Below are positions 1 through 12,123 of a stretch of DNA of 64,000 nucleotides, piece by piece. Position numbers and translations under genes: made by a program. The DNA is taken from positions 62,001 to 126,000 of the forward strand of contig NMRA01000047.1 in the NCBI GenBank assembly GCA_002633005.1, given 5' to 3'. Origin of the DNA: Phoronis australis (lineage: Eukaryota; Animalia; Phoronida). The notes beneath the pieces are model-generated. The model was not told the DNA's origin. It saw only the letters and a program-made list of their open reading frames with translations, and did no database searches. How positions within the stretch are numbered: the stretch's first letter is position 1; every line of letters starts with the position of its first letter.

Positions 1-1333
1 ATTGGCGCAGGGCGAGTTGCCATGTAGACGTTTATTATTCTGCGTTCTGTTTCACAATGAATTCACTGATTCTCATCTTAAAATGATCCTAAACAATGCT
101 TATATGAAACTGAAACAAAGCCTGTCTCATTAGATACAATTTGTAATGCCTTAAAGTGCTCGTGAGTGCACATGTTTTGAGAAGCCAGCAATGAATAAAC
201 CGCTGCGTTACCAGCTTTTGATGCCGGCAACAAAGGTAATTGACCGGGCACCAAGGCCATGTGAGCGCATGCTAATTCAGTGTTTGCTTGACAGAAAGCT
301 GTTGTACAGAATTTGTTGAATGCACGACACTTTTCATTGTTCACGGTCTTTATTCCGTTGCGTTCATACTTTCTGAACAAAACTCTACTCTCTACTGAAC
401 ATAGATACAGTAACTGACCTAGCGACATAATTAAAAGACACACGATATTTCGAAACATACTTGTTTCATTCTCAAGTGAAGATAAAATGACGCAGTAATG
501 CCACCACAGAGTATAAGCTGATGACACACACAGTGAGACACGGCGGGTGTGAAATACTGCAAAGAATGACTAATGAATTGGGGTAACAGGAAAGTCACGC
601 AAACAAGTGTAACGTGCGGCGCGACCCTGTTTGAGCAGCACGCGTACATACATGTACGCGCCATTTCCGAAAAATTGTGATACCTCTCGAGAGTTTTTCT
701 GAAACTGGGCTTTCTGATAATAAAATAGGAAAAACTTTTAATGAAATGAAACCACTTGCGATTGTTATGACATGTACGTAACCTCACATTTGTTTGAATA
801 ACATGGAAATTGGCAAATAGGTGAAGCAATGGCGCCAAAGAGCGCATCGCAAATTTAGCAGCTAATTGCCGGTAACTGAAGAACGTCAATTTTCGAACAC
901 CAGCGTAAATAATTTAGTTTACCCAAGGAAGAGTAAGAATTTTTTAATGAGGCATCATTAATTCTGGCGGCGACAGGCCCGATGAATTACATACGCGACA
1001 GAAGCCGGAGGAAGTGAAATTAATCCGACGGAGTGACGTCACCCAGGCCATTAAGCCGACGAACTGACGTCACCAAGGCCAGTACAAAACTGGCCACCCT
1101 CCCTCCGCATCCGCGAAAAAACGGCCCGCGAGACAAAAATAGAAAACCTTGAATCCAAATAGGTGGCCGGTCCAATACCTGGGCGCAACGAAGGTTCGTA
1201 ATGGAGCGAGGGAGACGGAGTTTGTGCAAACGATGCATTCTATATAGTAGATTGTCACATGTTAGGGAAATCTTTATTTAGAAACAAAGAATATAAATCG
1301 GTAAATAAAACAACAAGAATGGATCAACTGAAA

Positions 1334-1373
1334 TTTGAAATTTTCGGATGTAACAACTTCCTTTATCAACAAA
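1334..1373 (-). ncRNA. Antisense copy of the same minimal hammerhead motif
   Basis: Reverse complement of 2031-2070 within the inverted arm. Confidence 0.55.
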
Positions 1374-1413
1374 AACAGAAATAAAGTAAAATCAAACACA
1401 AAATGACAATTGA

Positions 1414-1929
1414 AAATCCTATTTCCTCATCCCCCTATAATTTCTTGGAGAAAATGTAAAAATCTAAAGAATTATTTAGTTAAAGCTAATATCGACTGAC
1501 AAACCTATTGGCAACACACAATGTAACAAAACTAGGTGTAAAATGTGTAACTTCATCAACGATAGCACTTTTTTCCAGTCTTCCCAAACCAATGAAAACT
1601 TTGAAATAAAACATTATTCTGATTGCACCACCAACAATTTTATTTACCTTAAAACTTGTAAAAAATGTTCTATCCAATACGTAGGACAAACTCAACATAA
1701 TCTACAAACTCGGTTTCGTAATCATAGATTTAACATAATACATAAAAACATTTCTGATACTATAGGTAATCATTTCAATTCCAAAAACCATAATATTCAA
1801 GATCTTTCTGTACAAATAATAGAAAAACTCCAACACCCCAGTACCCCTCACAGACTTAAAAGAGAACAATATTGGATAGACAAACTGAATACAATAGAAC
1901 CTCATGGATTGAACATAAAAGCTTCTTAA
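1414..1929 (+). pseudogene. Penelope-like GIY-YIG endonuclease C-terminus (truncated, one frameshift near 1490)
   Basis: ORF 1543-1929 has NFIYLKTCKKCSIQYVGQT..LQTRFRNH..HF..EQYWIDKLNTIEPHGLN. In-frame upstream sequence reads GNTQCNKTRCKMC, and a shifted frame gives PPIISWRKCKNLKNYLVKA, typical of the PLE RT-EN linker. Confidence 0.88.
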
Positions 1930-2030
1930 AATATGTCATTGAATTTTTTACGCAAAAATGTATCATTTTCATTACACCATATCTTATATGTCAATTGTCA
2001 TTTTGTGTTTGATTTTACTTTATTTCTGTT

Positions 2031-2070
2031 TTTGTTGATAAAGGAAGTTGTTACATCCGAAAATTTCAAA
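2031..2070 (+). ncRNA. Minimal hammerhead ribozyme motif (U3-A8 core variant) in PLE pLTR
   Basis: TTTG-TTGATAA-A-GGA..TCC-GAAA-ATTT-CAAA: stem I TTTG/CAAA, core UUGAUAA, stem II GGA/TCC, GAAA, palindromic AATT stem III. Confidence 0.6.
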
Positions 2071-2260
2071 TTTCAGTTGATCCATTCTTGTTGTTTTATT
2101 TACCGATTTATATTCTTCATTTCTTGAAACAATAGTATCCTTGGGAGGATCTGGATCGCCTTATTTAGTTTCAGATATATATTTTCTACGTTATTTAGAA
2201 ACACAAATACATTATTCAAATCATTGTTACTGTACAACCGTTGCCCTGACGGTCTGTAGA

Positions 2261-2957
2261 AGGGGAACTCGACTTCGTATGTAGATTTTCAGTTTCGTGG
2301 CTAAATTCCCATAAATAATTACATCAGTGCACATTAATTCTTTGGCTCACTATTATAGTCTTTTCGTGACTGGAGGTTTAGTTTCCAACTCAAGATGGTT
2401 TATGTTCGTGCCAGTACCGGCGGCCGCGACGGGCCTGATCGGGTTCCGAGGCACTGGCCGGGATAACAAGCGTTTCGTGTGTTTAGAACTCAAAAAAGTC
2501 ACAAGTATAAACAACACGGATCTAGGTTCTCCTGTCTGTATTTCACAAAAGAATACTTCCAATTTATCTCCGAACAGACCCCAAACTCCTGCTACGGACC
2601 TTGGTAAATTGTCCTGCCGAACTGTGTAGGCTACAGTGTGTCCAAATACCAGTAAATCCGTAACAGCGAAATAAAACAACACGTTTTTTTTAAGAACTCA
2701 GTGTATTTTTAAGGGTTTTACATCGAAGTTTGATGATTTTTGGTGTTAAACGATGAATTCAAGCGATAAGCTGATACCACTAACCCGTGTTGTGAACTGC
2801 TGAACAGACTGCGTGTGAAACCAATTACGTCATTGAATAATTTCAACACCTCCGTCTGCCGTCAGGTGTCAGGTAACGCAACCGAACCTACCGTTATCGA
2901 GCAGAACTTCTCGATCTAAATTGATACAAAATGGGTTGTTTTGGGTGGCATTCTCCT
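2261..2957. mobile_element. Possible degenerate TTAA (Kolobok-like) non-autonomous element
   Basis: Right end GGTGGCATTCTCCT-TTAA. Left end AGGGGAACTCGAC resembles its reverse complement AGGAGAATGCCAC, but the left TTAA is not intact. Confidence 0.3.
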
Positions 2958-3019
2958 TTAACATATGCATATACACATGCGCGTAGGCCTAGACCCGAAG
3001 GACTTGTGCAAACGGTTTT

Positions 3020-3170
3020 TTTAAAGAGTTCCCTCCGTGACCCTGTGTCTCAAAAAGAATTTTATAAACACATTTTAAGAGAGATAAAAATCTTTAGTAT
3101 ACCTGTTGCCACACTTTGTTCAGCACATTTCAAAGAATCGTGTTTCGACCAAACACAAAAGCGACGTTAC
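3020..3170 (+). pseudogene. THAP zinc-finger domain remnant (probably transposon-derived)
   Basis: Within ORF 2931-3242: LRDPVSQKEFYKHILRE...ATLCSAHFKESCFD matches the THAP LCSxHFxxxCF signature. The N-terminal CxxxxC is missing. Confidence 0.6.
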
Positions 3171-3922
3171 CTTATAAGTGTATTTGCAAATTTTATAAAT
3201 AGCGAACAAACTTTCTGCATTCTAGGGCGAATGGTGCCATAATGCACTGGACACGTAGTTTTATGCATTGTGTTAAGACCGTGCTTATTTCATCTTCTAT
3301 TTTGTGAATATTGACCAGCCCTTAGTTCAGTTGGTTGTGGCTCACATGTGTGTCTGCAGCATTTGTCGTGCAAGTGAGGCGAGTTCATACGGCCTCAAAG
3401 TCAACGAAAGTTCGCTAAGTGGGAAATCTAATTCATTGTCTGATTCTTCAAGTACTTGAGTGTGATGGCCTTATCCACTCTCTTCTGTGTGTGCATACCA
3501 AATGTCCAGTTCCCGCTCAAAACGTTCTTCTGATCTGCTGTCAAGTGATTACTCGCCTTCCACCCATTACATCATTTGGTGGGAAACTTGGAAGTAACTA
3601 ATTTTCTTCATAGAAATCACGACTATTTGCTATCAAAAGTGCTTATTCAGTTTATTTTTATGGTATTAATTTCATGTTATCGAACTAAAACTCAAAAACT
3701 AAGAAAATGCATGATGGGAACTCTTTAAAATGCATTATTTCAGATACATGGGCGAGGGCCAATTTAATGGTGCAAGCAGGCCTGCGAAAATACTTAAGAA
3801 CGATTAACTGAGAGTTGGACATCCGCTGCTGCTAATTACAGCAATTAGCGACAATCATGAATCGGCTCAATGATATCGATGTTCTAACAATTTTAACAGC
3901 TGAAGAAATCACTGCCCTAGAA

Positions 3923-6718
3923 ATGGACGAAACGAGCGGACGTGTCCTGCTGCTGGCGGTGCTTTTAAGTTCCATTTGTTGGACGGTCTCCCTCGCTAAT
4001 TGCCTGATGTGGAGAGACAAAGTGCTGAACAACAAGAAGACTCAGAGTTTGTCTAATGCCACCACAGTGGATTTCTGGTCTTGCGGTATCCGCCAGATTG
4101 AGAGAAACGCCTTCACCAATTTGTTGCAGGTAAAATATCTCAGTCTGACTGATAATCACCTATCGCAAATCGTGGATGGACTTTTTAGGACATTAGTAAC
4201 ACTTACAACCTTGGATTTGAGTCATAACCAAATGCATATTTTAACAGGACAAACTTTGGATGGATTGCTTAACTTAGAAATTCTCGATCTTGCAAATAAT
4301 TTCGTGTCATCTTTGTTTCAAGACATATTTAGTGGAACACCCTCGCTAAAAATACTTCGTTTAAATCACAACTTCGTTACATCATTGGATGGTAATTCAT
4401 TTGGCAGTAGCTTGTCCAGTCTCGAAAAACTCTTTATTGGAAGCAACAAGATTTCAAGGATAGCAAGTGGAACATTCAGCAGATTAAACACATTGAGGCA
4501 TCTTCATCTCGAGAGCAACAACCTAACTGCAGTGCACGGGCACGCCTTTGATGGACTGGGAGCTTTGACTACTTTGATATTGCGAAACAATTCCATGACT
4601 GAGATTCGTGGCCTGGTGTTTCCGTCTTTGCGGTTCGTGGATTTAACTCAAAACTATCTACGGACACTGGAAGACGCTTTCGTTGTTTCTAAACAATCAG
4701 TTAGTGTGGACCTGGCCTTCAATTGGATTTCAGAAATTGAAAACAATGTATTTTGCTCCCAGTTGTCGGTTGACATACTGAGGCTGTCTTCAAACAAGCT
4801 GAAAATGGTAAAAAATCATATGTTCGCTTGCCTGAAATCTACACAAGCTCTTTCACTGTCAGGCAATAGAATAGCATCAATAGAACAAGGGTCGTTTTCT
4901 CACATGAAGAAACTTGAGTATCTACGTCTTTCTTATAATCGAATTACAATCGTTAGACGTGGAATATTTAATGGTTTGTTAAGTCTAACATTCCTGGACC
5001 TAAGTTTCAACGATATAATCTCTCTTGGTGATCAATCTTTTGGAAATCTAACGGCTCTAAAATTCCTTTACCTGAATGGTAATAAGATTTCCACTCTAGC
5101 TTTTGCGGATTTCATAGGTCCTAAAACACCTGTAGTGCTGGCAATGGACGGTAACCCAATTAGTGACATGCAAATCACTACTGCACTGGCTTTTAAAGAT
5201 TTTCGAGTTGACATCATTGACATGAACGTGACGTACAATGCGTCATATCTTGCAAATGTTAATAAGCTGAAAGTGAGAGGAAATCATGCTGTTTCTCAGA
5301 TGTTTGTTGCAAATCTTCGAAACCTCATTAGTCTTGATATGTCGTGGTGCAACATATCTGATTTGAGTGAACAACCCTTCAAATTGCTTCGTCGACTTAG
5401 AACCCTGACACTTGCTAGAAATCAACTAAAACACGTATCTTCTTACATGCTTGAAGGGCTTGAATCTTTGAGAACATTAATTCTTTCGCATAACGACATC
5501 GTGGCAATTGCAGAAAACACATTTCTGGAGCTGAAATCACTGGAAGAGATACGTCTGACAGGGAACATGATTATTCGCATAGGAACTAATGTGTTACCTA
5601 CAAACATCAAACGACTCTACCTGGAAGAAAACAACGTCAGAACGTTTTCTTCCTTCATTGTAACTGCACTTACGTCTCTGAACCTAAGTTATAACAACCT
5701 CGGCCGTGTAACGAACAAAATGCTCGCAGGACTGCCGAACATTTACTTTTTAGACATGTCCCATGCACACATTGACTACATAAGTGAAGACGCCTTTTAC
5801 AGTCTGACTTCTCTACGGACACTGGTTCTATCTGGAAATAAAATTCTAGTAGTACGTCAGTCTGTGTTCGGTTCCCTTATATCATTGAAATCGCTTGAAC
5901 TGGATCATTGTGGCATTAAAAGAATTGAGGAAGGGGCCACGAAAAATATGAACAGTTTGCAGCATCTGTATGTTCGCAATAACAGTATCCAGGCTATACC
6001 ACTGGATATACTAAGGAGGGTTGGTGGCCCAGTACAACGATTCTTCTTCTTTGTGTCAGACAACCCACTTGAGTGTAACTGTCTGGTGCGTTTCTTTCAA
6101 GCATGGGTCTACCGAATGAAAAAACTGTTCATAGGGAAAACTAGCAATCTGAAAAACATCGCCATCCCTACATGCAACTCCATAATTGAAACTCGATCAA
6201 CCATTGAGTCATTCGTATCCTCTGATTTCGTCTGCCATAAGCCTAGTTCTCCGGTTGTGGAAGTCAAACAAGACGCCCTCAAGGTTTCCATTAAGTGCAC
6301 GTCTTACGGAGATCCAAATCCGACGATTACACTCAAAGGTCCTGAAGGAAACATGTTGAATTATTCTACTGTAGTGAATACTACCGAAACTGTCGCGGAG
6401 TCGAGTATTCCAGCAGATGAATTTGTTGAAGGTAACTACTCATGCACGGCTGCAAATTTTATAGAACAATTATCAAGCGTAAAATTGATTAAAGCCACAA
6501 AGAAAAGCGAAGACGGGAAAGATAAACCAAAGAGAAATGGCATACCTTTCGAGACCAGTCTAGAAATAGTCGGTGTCTCCACTTTTGTAGTAGGGTGTGC
6601 ACTAATTGCAGGCGTCATTTTGTCGGTCTGCATCGTGCGTCGGTACAATGGCCATCCTAGTTCATCGAGAACTGGCGCCGCACAGAACCAGAGTGAAGTG
6701 GGTGATACTCGAGTCTAA
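3923..6718 (+). CDS. Single-exon LRR + LRRCT + Ig-like + transmembrane receptor (LIG-type), ~931 aa
   Basis: Open ORF 3857-6718; Met at 3923 precedes a signal peptide (RVLLLAVLLSSICWTVSLA). More than 20 LxxLxLxxNxI repeats, LRRCT NPLECNC, Ig-like VSIKCTSYGDPNPTIT...GNYSCTAAN, TM IVGVSTFVVGCALIAGVILSVCIV, and a short tail ending DTRV. Confidence 0.93.
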   Translation: MDETSGRVLLLAVLLSSICWTVSLANCLMWRDKVLNNKKTQSLSNATTVDFWSCGIRQIERNAFTNLLQVKYLSLTDNHLSQIVDGLFRTLVTLTTLDLSHNQMHILTGQTLDGLLNLEILDLANNFVSSLFQDIFSGTPSLKILRLNHNFVTSLDGNSFGSSLSSLEKLFIGSNKISRIASGTFSRLNTLRHLHLESNNLTAVHGHAFDGLGALTTLILRNNSMTEIRGLVFPSLRFVDLTQNYLRTLEDAFVVSKQSVSVDLAFNWISEIENNVFCSQLSVDILRLSSNKLKMVKNHMFACLKSTQALSLSGNRIASIEQGSFSHMKKLEYLRLSYNRITIVRRGIFNGLLSLTFLDLSFNDIISLGDQSFGNLTALKFLYLNGNKISTLAFADFIGPKTPVVLAMDGNPISDMQITTALAFKDFRVDIIDMNVTYNASYLANVNKLKVRGNHAVSQMFVANLRNLISLDMSWCNISDLSEQPFKLLRRLRTLTLARNQLKHVSSYMLEGLESLRTLILSHNDIVAIAENTFLELKSLEEIRLTGNMIIRIGTNVLPTNIKRLYLEENNVRTFSSFIVTALTSLNLSYNNLGRVTNKMLAGLPNIYFLDMSHAHIDYISEDAFYSLTSLRTLVLSGNKILVVRQSVFGSLISLKSLELDHCGIKRIEEGATKNMNSLQHLYVRNNSIQAIPLDILRRVGGPVQRFFFFVSDNPLECNCLVRFFQAWVYRMKKLFIGKTSNLKNIAIPTCNSIIETRSTIESFVSSDFVCHKPSSPVVEVKQDALKVSIKCTSYGDPNPTITLKGPEGNMLNYSTVVNTTETVAESSIPADEFVEGNYSCTAANFIEQLSSVKLIKATKKSEDGKDKPKRNGIPFETSLEIVGVSTFVVGCALIAGVILSVCIVRRYNGHPSSSRTGAAQNQSEVGDTRV

Positions 6719-9193
6719 CAACCATTGAGTGCTACGGAAACTGATTCCATAGCCGCGCCTCTAAATTCCAGCCCCGATCTTCAGTCTCTGAGCCCAGCAG
6801 ACACCAAATCCAAAGTATCGCTACCTTAAACTTCACACTAGAACCAAAATGCCCTGTTGGCCAACTGCAATTGGGGGCCGGATTCCTCATACGGACTTCA
6901 TTCTGGGTAATGGATCACATCTCCAGGACTGAGTTTGGCCATGATGTATTCATTATTGTCGGTGTGGGTGGACCTTAATGGTGCAAGTCATAGATACAAA
7001 CATGGATAGATTTATTTCCAAAATTTTAAATAAAATATGTCGCACCAAGTAAAACGCATTCAAAGGTAACAATACTGACACATGAAATGCGAGTTTTATA
7101 TAGACAAGTCTACCGATTTTTTACACCATGGCCTTCACTTAAATCCGATCATTAAAGTTCTGAAGCATAGTACTTTTTAAAATTACACATTATTACCGAT
7201 AACAAGGAATCAATTAACAAAAGAAATAAAGGTAAAATCCAAAAATAAGCAAAGAATGTAATCTACGGGTATTGCTACTGTGCGTTTGTTTGCTGGTCCA
7301 GGACTGAACATTTTTCCATAACATAATGCATGTTCTTGTTCAGCAAAGTACTAAACTATAAACTATCATGTCACATCATATCATATTAATTCATACGCAT
7401 AGGCTTCAACATCTTCAACGTTCCTTGAACCTCAGCATCCATCAGCACTTCTTTCAAAACGACCTTCAAGCCGTGTGTTGTCCACGCTTATCCGCGGGAG
7501 TGTTTCCTGTAGACAAAATGGGTTCCATTTCTAGTTGTTTCATGGGATTTGGGACGTAGTCATTCTAAGTTTCGCTGAATTTTTATTTGCATTGTCTGTC
7601 TGCTGGTACTTGCACTCCCTTGTGTTTTGTTATTCATGCGATTTTCAAACAAAAGTTAATTCAGTTGAACATTGCAATGAATTTACGGGATAGAAAATCA
7701 GAGATCAGAAATACGGTCTCCACGGCACGACGTGACCACACCCTTCAACGTCCAACACATTTACCTGCTCTGCTGATCATTATGTTTTAGGTCAGGTGAA
7801 AAGGATTGGCAGATCCAGAATTTTAAAAGCGGTGCTCCTAATGTTTAATTTATGACGGGGAGAGCACCAGCGTCTAAGCGTCCCTGAATCCGTCTTTTTG
7901 TAAACATCTGACTTAGGAAACGGTTACTCAGGGTCAATAAGCTTTAAAATGGTTGTCTCCCCCTGGTCGCGACACGTTTCCTAATTACACGGCGAGGCCA
8001 CCACAATTCTTCCCAGTCACACATTTTAAGTCACACGTTCTTTCATCACTGTTTCAAGCTAGTTCCACCTGATCACCCCTTTGCAAAGCTGTTCATAGGC
8101 TTTTGGAGACTTGTCGTGACGTGATGACACCTGTATTTAGCCTAATGAATAATTTGTCACTCTCAATGACAGAACCGAGCTTGCTAAAATTTCAAGTGAC
8201 GATTTTGGTACCGTAAATGCGCCGACTGTTGATCTTGCACAGCATTTCAGTGGAATTATTAAAATTACGAGGAAGTCAAACTATTCTGTGCCATCGGTAT
8301 CTTGAAGAACATCGTGGCAAAGTTATACGTCTCGTCATTTATTATGCAGCGGAAAAGTCAACTTTTAACACGCGGAAACTAATGTTAGTTCAGTATTTAT
8401 TACATGAATGACTTGTACACAACTGCCTTTGTCTGTGGCTGAAATCGAGCTATGAATAGGATACTTTAGGTTTTCACCCATTTCTTGATCATGAAACATA
8501 TGCGTATCAGTGATTAACAAGTTTCAATCTCGGAACAACCAATATACATTACAATCGTCAAATTTAAAGACGTCCTTGTTAACTTGTCAATGCTTTTGAG
8601 TCCCGGATTTGTAAACTGTTAAATTGTCCAAAATGTAATTAAGAAGCCAATCAATCATCTGCTCTGTTTTTAAACGGTTGATTGGCATGTGTGGGCACTT
8701 TAATTTGCTACAAACATTCCTTCAGCTCTCGTGACGTCATAGGGCGCTCAATTACCACTTGTTGTCGGCTCGTAACAAAGAAAGTTGTGTTACACATTTC
8801 TGTGTTAGTAAAAAACGTCATTAACTCAGTTAAAATGATTTTCGGCATTTTTCAAGAATATTCTCAGGAATGTTTCTGGAATTTTATGTAAAATTATTAA
8901 TCGAGTGAACACAACATCGGTCTCGGTCGAAATGCAGAATGATGTCTCACGGTATAATATTTCATATACGCTATGATTTGTGTATGTACACGCAAGGTCA
9001 TCATTATCACTAATCTAATTCATTCCATTCCACGCAGTCACTCTTACATTTTTGTCGAATTGTATGTTGCACTAGGAACAATAATCCCTTTTAAATATCC
9101 AAATTAAGCAGTTCTAAAGTTGGGTAGATTTGGCTGAGAGTTACATAAGCGGCCAGTCAACAACATCTGTTAAACAAAAATGGCCAAACTTGC

Positions 9194-11950
9194 TAATGTT
9201 TTCATCAAAGTAGCGAAACTTTATTTTAACACCTGTTGCCATTTCTTGGGTCCATATCGGTACACCTCAATTAACCTTAATTCTCCTCGCCCCAGCTCAT
9301 ACTCACCTGTCTCAATGTTCCCATGTTGTTTTCCACGCCAATGTTCGTCACTTGAAATATTAGATTTACTTTGTGTTGTTAAATTAAAAATGCTCGCAAT
9401 TTAATAAGGAATTTAAACGAGGTATTGATGTTATGCAGTGTTCCTTATTGGGAAAGTATGAATAATCTGGAACCAAAGTAGTGAATCTGTATCATCACAA
9501 TAAGGAGGTTTATTGATGTCTTTTTAAAAAAACATGTGCATCCCTGTTACAGCTATAAACGGTTTGTCAATCTTTGATCAAATCCATTGTAAGCATTGCC
9601 AGTTTGGTTATACATCTCTGTTTTATTACTTCCACGGTAGTATAAAAATGCTTGAAATTGTAATTCCAAATTCCACTACCAGGTGACGCTCATCAGTTTG
9701 TCCTAGATTTGAATTTCTATGTGAAAAAATAAAAAGTCTACGTGTTTGATGACAATGTAGTATCCCCCTTGTGGACATCTAATTCCATTGTTTTTAAAAG
9801 TGCTCTAGTCTGTATCCAATTTACAGAACTAGCAACATTTAAATTTCAAATTTTACGGATATTTAAACACCGGGACGTTTTAGTAAAATACTATAATTGA
9901 TGACGTCATACCACTGTTTGATTTTTGATTATTTTGATTGTTTCCATAATTTTTCTCCGTATTCCTACACATTGCAATGTTACCAGCTTCTCTGAATTTC
10001 CTCAACCATTAACGTACTTAAAGATGTTTTTGCATGCTCCTAACTATGCTCATGTATAGCAGGAACCAAATGACAATGCAATTTGAATATCGTTTATTCT
10101 AAACAAAGTGCGGTAGTTGTATTCATTGACAACTTGTAAATGTGAAAATAAAATATCCGCAAAAAGGTGACATTTGCACTAATGACTTACCTTAGAGTCT
10201 CACATTGCCCGCATCATACAGTGTTATTCCGCTTCACCAGGTCTCGATACTTACTGGGGATGGTTGAGTGACATACGGCATATCATTTTCAACACAAAAC
10301 TCGCAATTTTCAACGTACTTCATATTCACATCGTCGCTATATCTTGTGTTTCTAACTAATGGGGCTATTCGGAGAATTCTCCTCGCGATGTCGCTGCTGT
10401 ACTAGTGGTGATTGAATTGCGCATGCGTGGCTGTCTGCATGTAAACAACTGGTAAAAGATGGAATTTTTATCAAAATACGTCGTCGCGCTAAGCCTTATT
10501 ACTGCTAATTTCCCTGGTGCAAGTCTTCGACATGTGGCCACAAATTCCCAAAAGACCTAAGGTCACTGTATTCGTGGACAATTGCGGTCAACAGGGTCAA
10601 CTAACTAACAAAAAGTGTGTGAATGCTGAAGTCCCGTGTGTGCTCTATGACTATGCAGTTCCCGGCATTCGGAGACTACACAACATTACTTGGTAAGTTT
10701 TTAGCAATCAGTTTCTATCNNNNNNNNNNNNNNNNNNNNNNNNNNNNNNNNNNNNNNNNNNNNNNNNNNNNNNNNNNNNNNNNNTAATGTTTTCATCAAA
10801 GTAGCGAAACTTTATTTTAACACCTGTTGCCATTTCTTGGGTCCATATCGGTACACCTCAATTAACCTTAATTCTCCTCGCCCCAGCTCATACTCACCTG
10901 TCTCAATGTTCCCATGTTGTTTTCCACGCCAATGTTCGTCACTTGAAATATTAGATTTACTTTGTGTTGTTAAATTAAAAATGCTCGCAATTTAATAAGG
11001 AATTTAAACGAGGTATTGATGTTATGCAGTGTTCCTTATTGGGAAAGTATGAATAATCTGGAACCAAAGTAGTGAATCTGTATCATCACAATAAGGAGGT
11101 TTATTGATGTCTTTTTAAAAAAACATGTGCATCCCTGTTACAGCTATAAACGGTTTGTCAATCTTTGATCAAATCCATTGTAAGCATTGCCAGTTTGGTT
11201 ATACATCTCTGTTTATAACTTCCACGGTAGTATAAAAATGCTTGAAATTGTAATTCCAAATTCCACTACCAGGTGACGCTCATCAGTTTGTCCTAGATTT
11301 GAATTTCTATGTGAAAAAATAAAAAGTCTACGTGTTTGATGACGATGTAGTATCACCCTTGTGGACATCTAATCCCATTGTTTTTAAATGCGTTCTAGTC
11401 TGTATCCAATTTACAGAACTAGCAACATTTAAATTTCAAATTTTACGGATATTTAAACACGGGGACGTTTTAGTAAAATACTATAATTGATGACGTCATG
11501 CCACTGTTTGATTTTTGATTATTTTGATTGTTTCCATAATTTTTCTCCGTATTCCTACACATTGCAATGTTACCAGCTTCTCTGAATTTCCTCAACTATT
11601 AACGTACTTAAAGATGTTTTTGCATGCTCCTAACTATGCTCATGTATAGCAGGAACCAAATGACAATGCTATTTGAATATCGTTTATTCTAAACAAAGTG
11701 CGGTAGTTGTATTCATTGACAACTTGTAAATGTGAAAATAAAATATCCGCAAAAAGGTGACCTTTGCACTAATGACTTACCTTAGAGGCTCACATTGCCC
11801 GCATCATACAGTGTTATTCCGCTTCACCAGGTCTCGATACTTACGGGGGATGGTTGAGTGACATACGGCATATCATTTTCAACACAAAACTCGCAATTTT
11901 CAACGTACTTCATATTCACATCGTCGCTATATCTTGTGTTTCTAACTAAT
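9194..11950. repeat. ~1.17-kb direct duplication (9194-10360 / 10785-11950) around an assembly gap (10720-10784)
   Basis: Near-identical copies with scattered substitutions; the second copy starts exactly at the gap edge. Probably two haplotypes. Confidence 0.9.
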
Positions 11951-12123
11951 TTGACCACTCAATGCGAGAGATAAGGAATTAGCGCGCAAGTTCTACTGTG
12001 AGACCACCTTACTTTTGTGATAGATTAAAAGGTAGAGACCCAGCAATAACCAAACAACCGACGGCAGTACCATACCTACACATGTAAACTGTATAACGTG
12101 AATATTAGACATCCACTTGATCA

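Larger units (their letters stand above)
1287..2190 (+). mobile_element. 5'-truncated, 5'-inverted Penelope-like retroelement (GIY-YIG end plus inverted pLTR) with 13-bp TSD
   Basis: 1287-1413 is the reverse complement of 1991-2117 (~127 bp, apparently perfect). TTATTTAGAAACA occurs at 1274-1286 and 2191-2203. A PLE-type GIY-YIG ORF lies between the arms and each arm contains a hammerhead motif. Confidence 0.88.

Noticed and set aside
78-889. Two ~150-aa minus-strand ORFs
   Set aside because: No recognisable motifs, composition typical of translated non-coding DNA, and no convincing splice structure.
3857-3922. 22-codon N-terminal extension of the LRR ORF
   Set aside because: The signal peptide follows the second Met (3923), so the upstream ATG is less likely to be the start, though it is not excluded.
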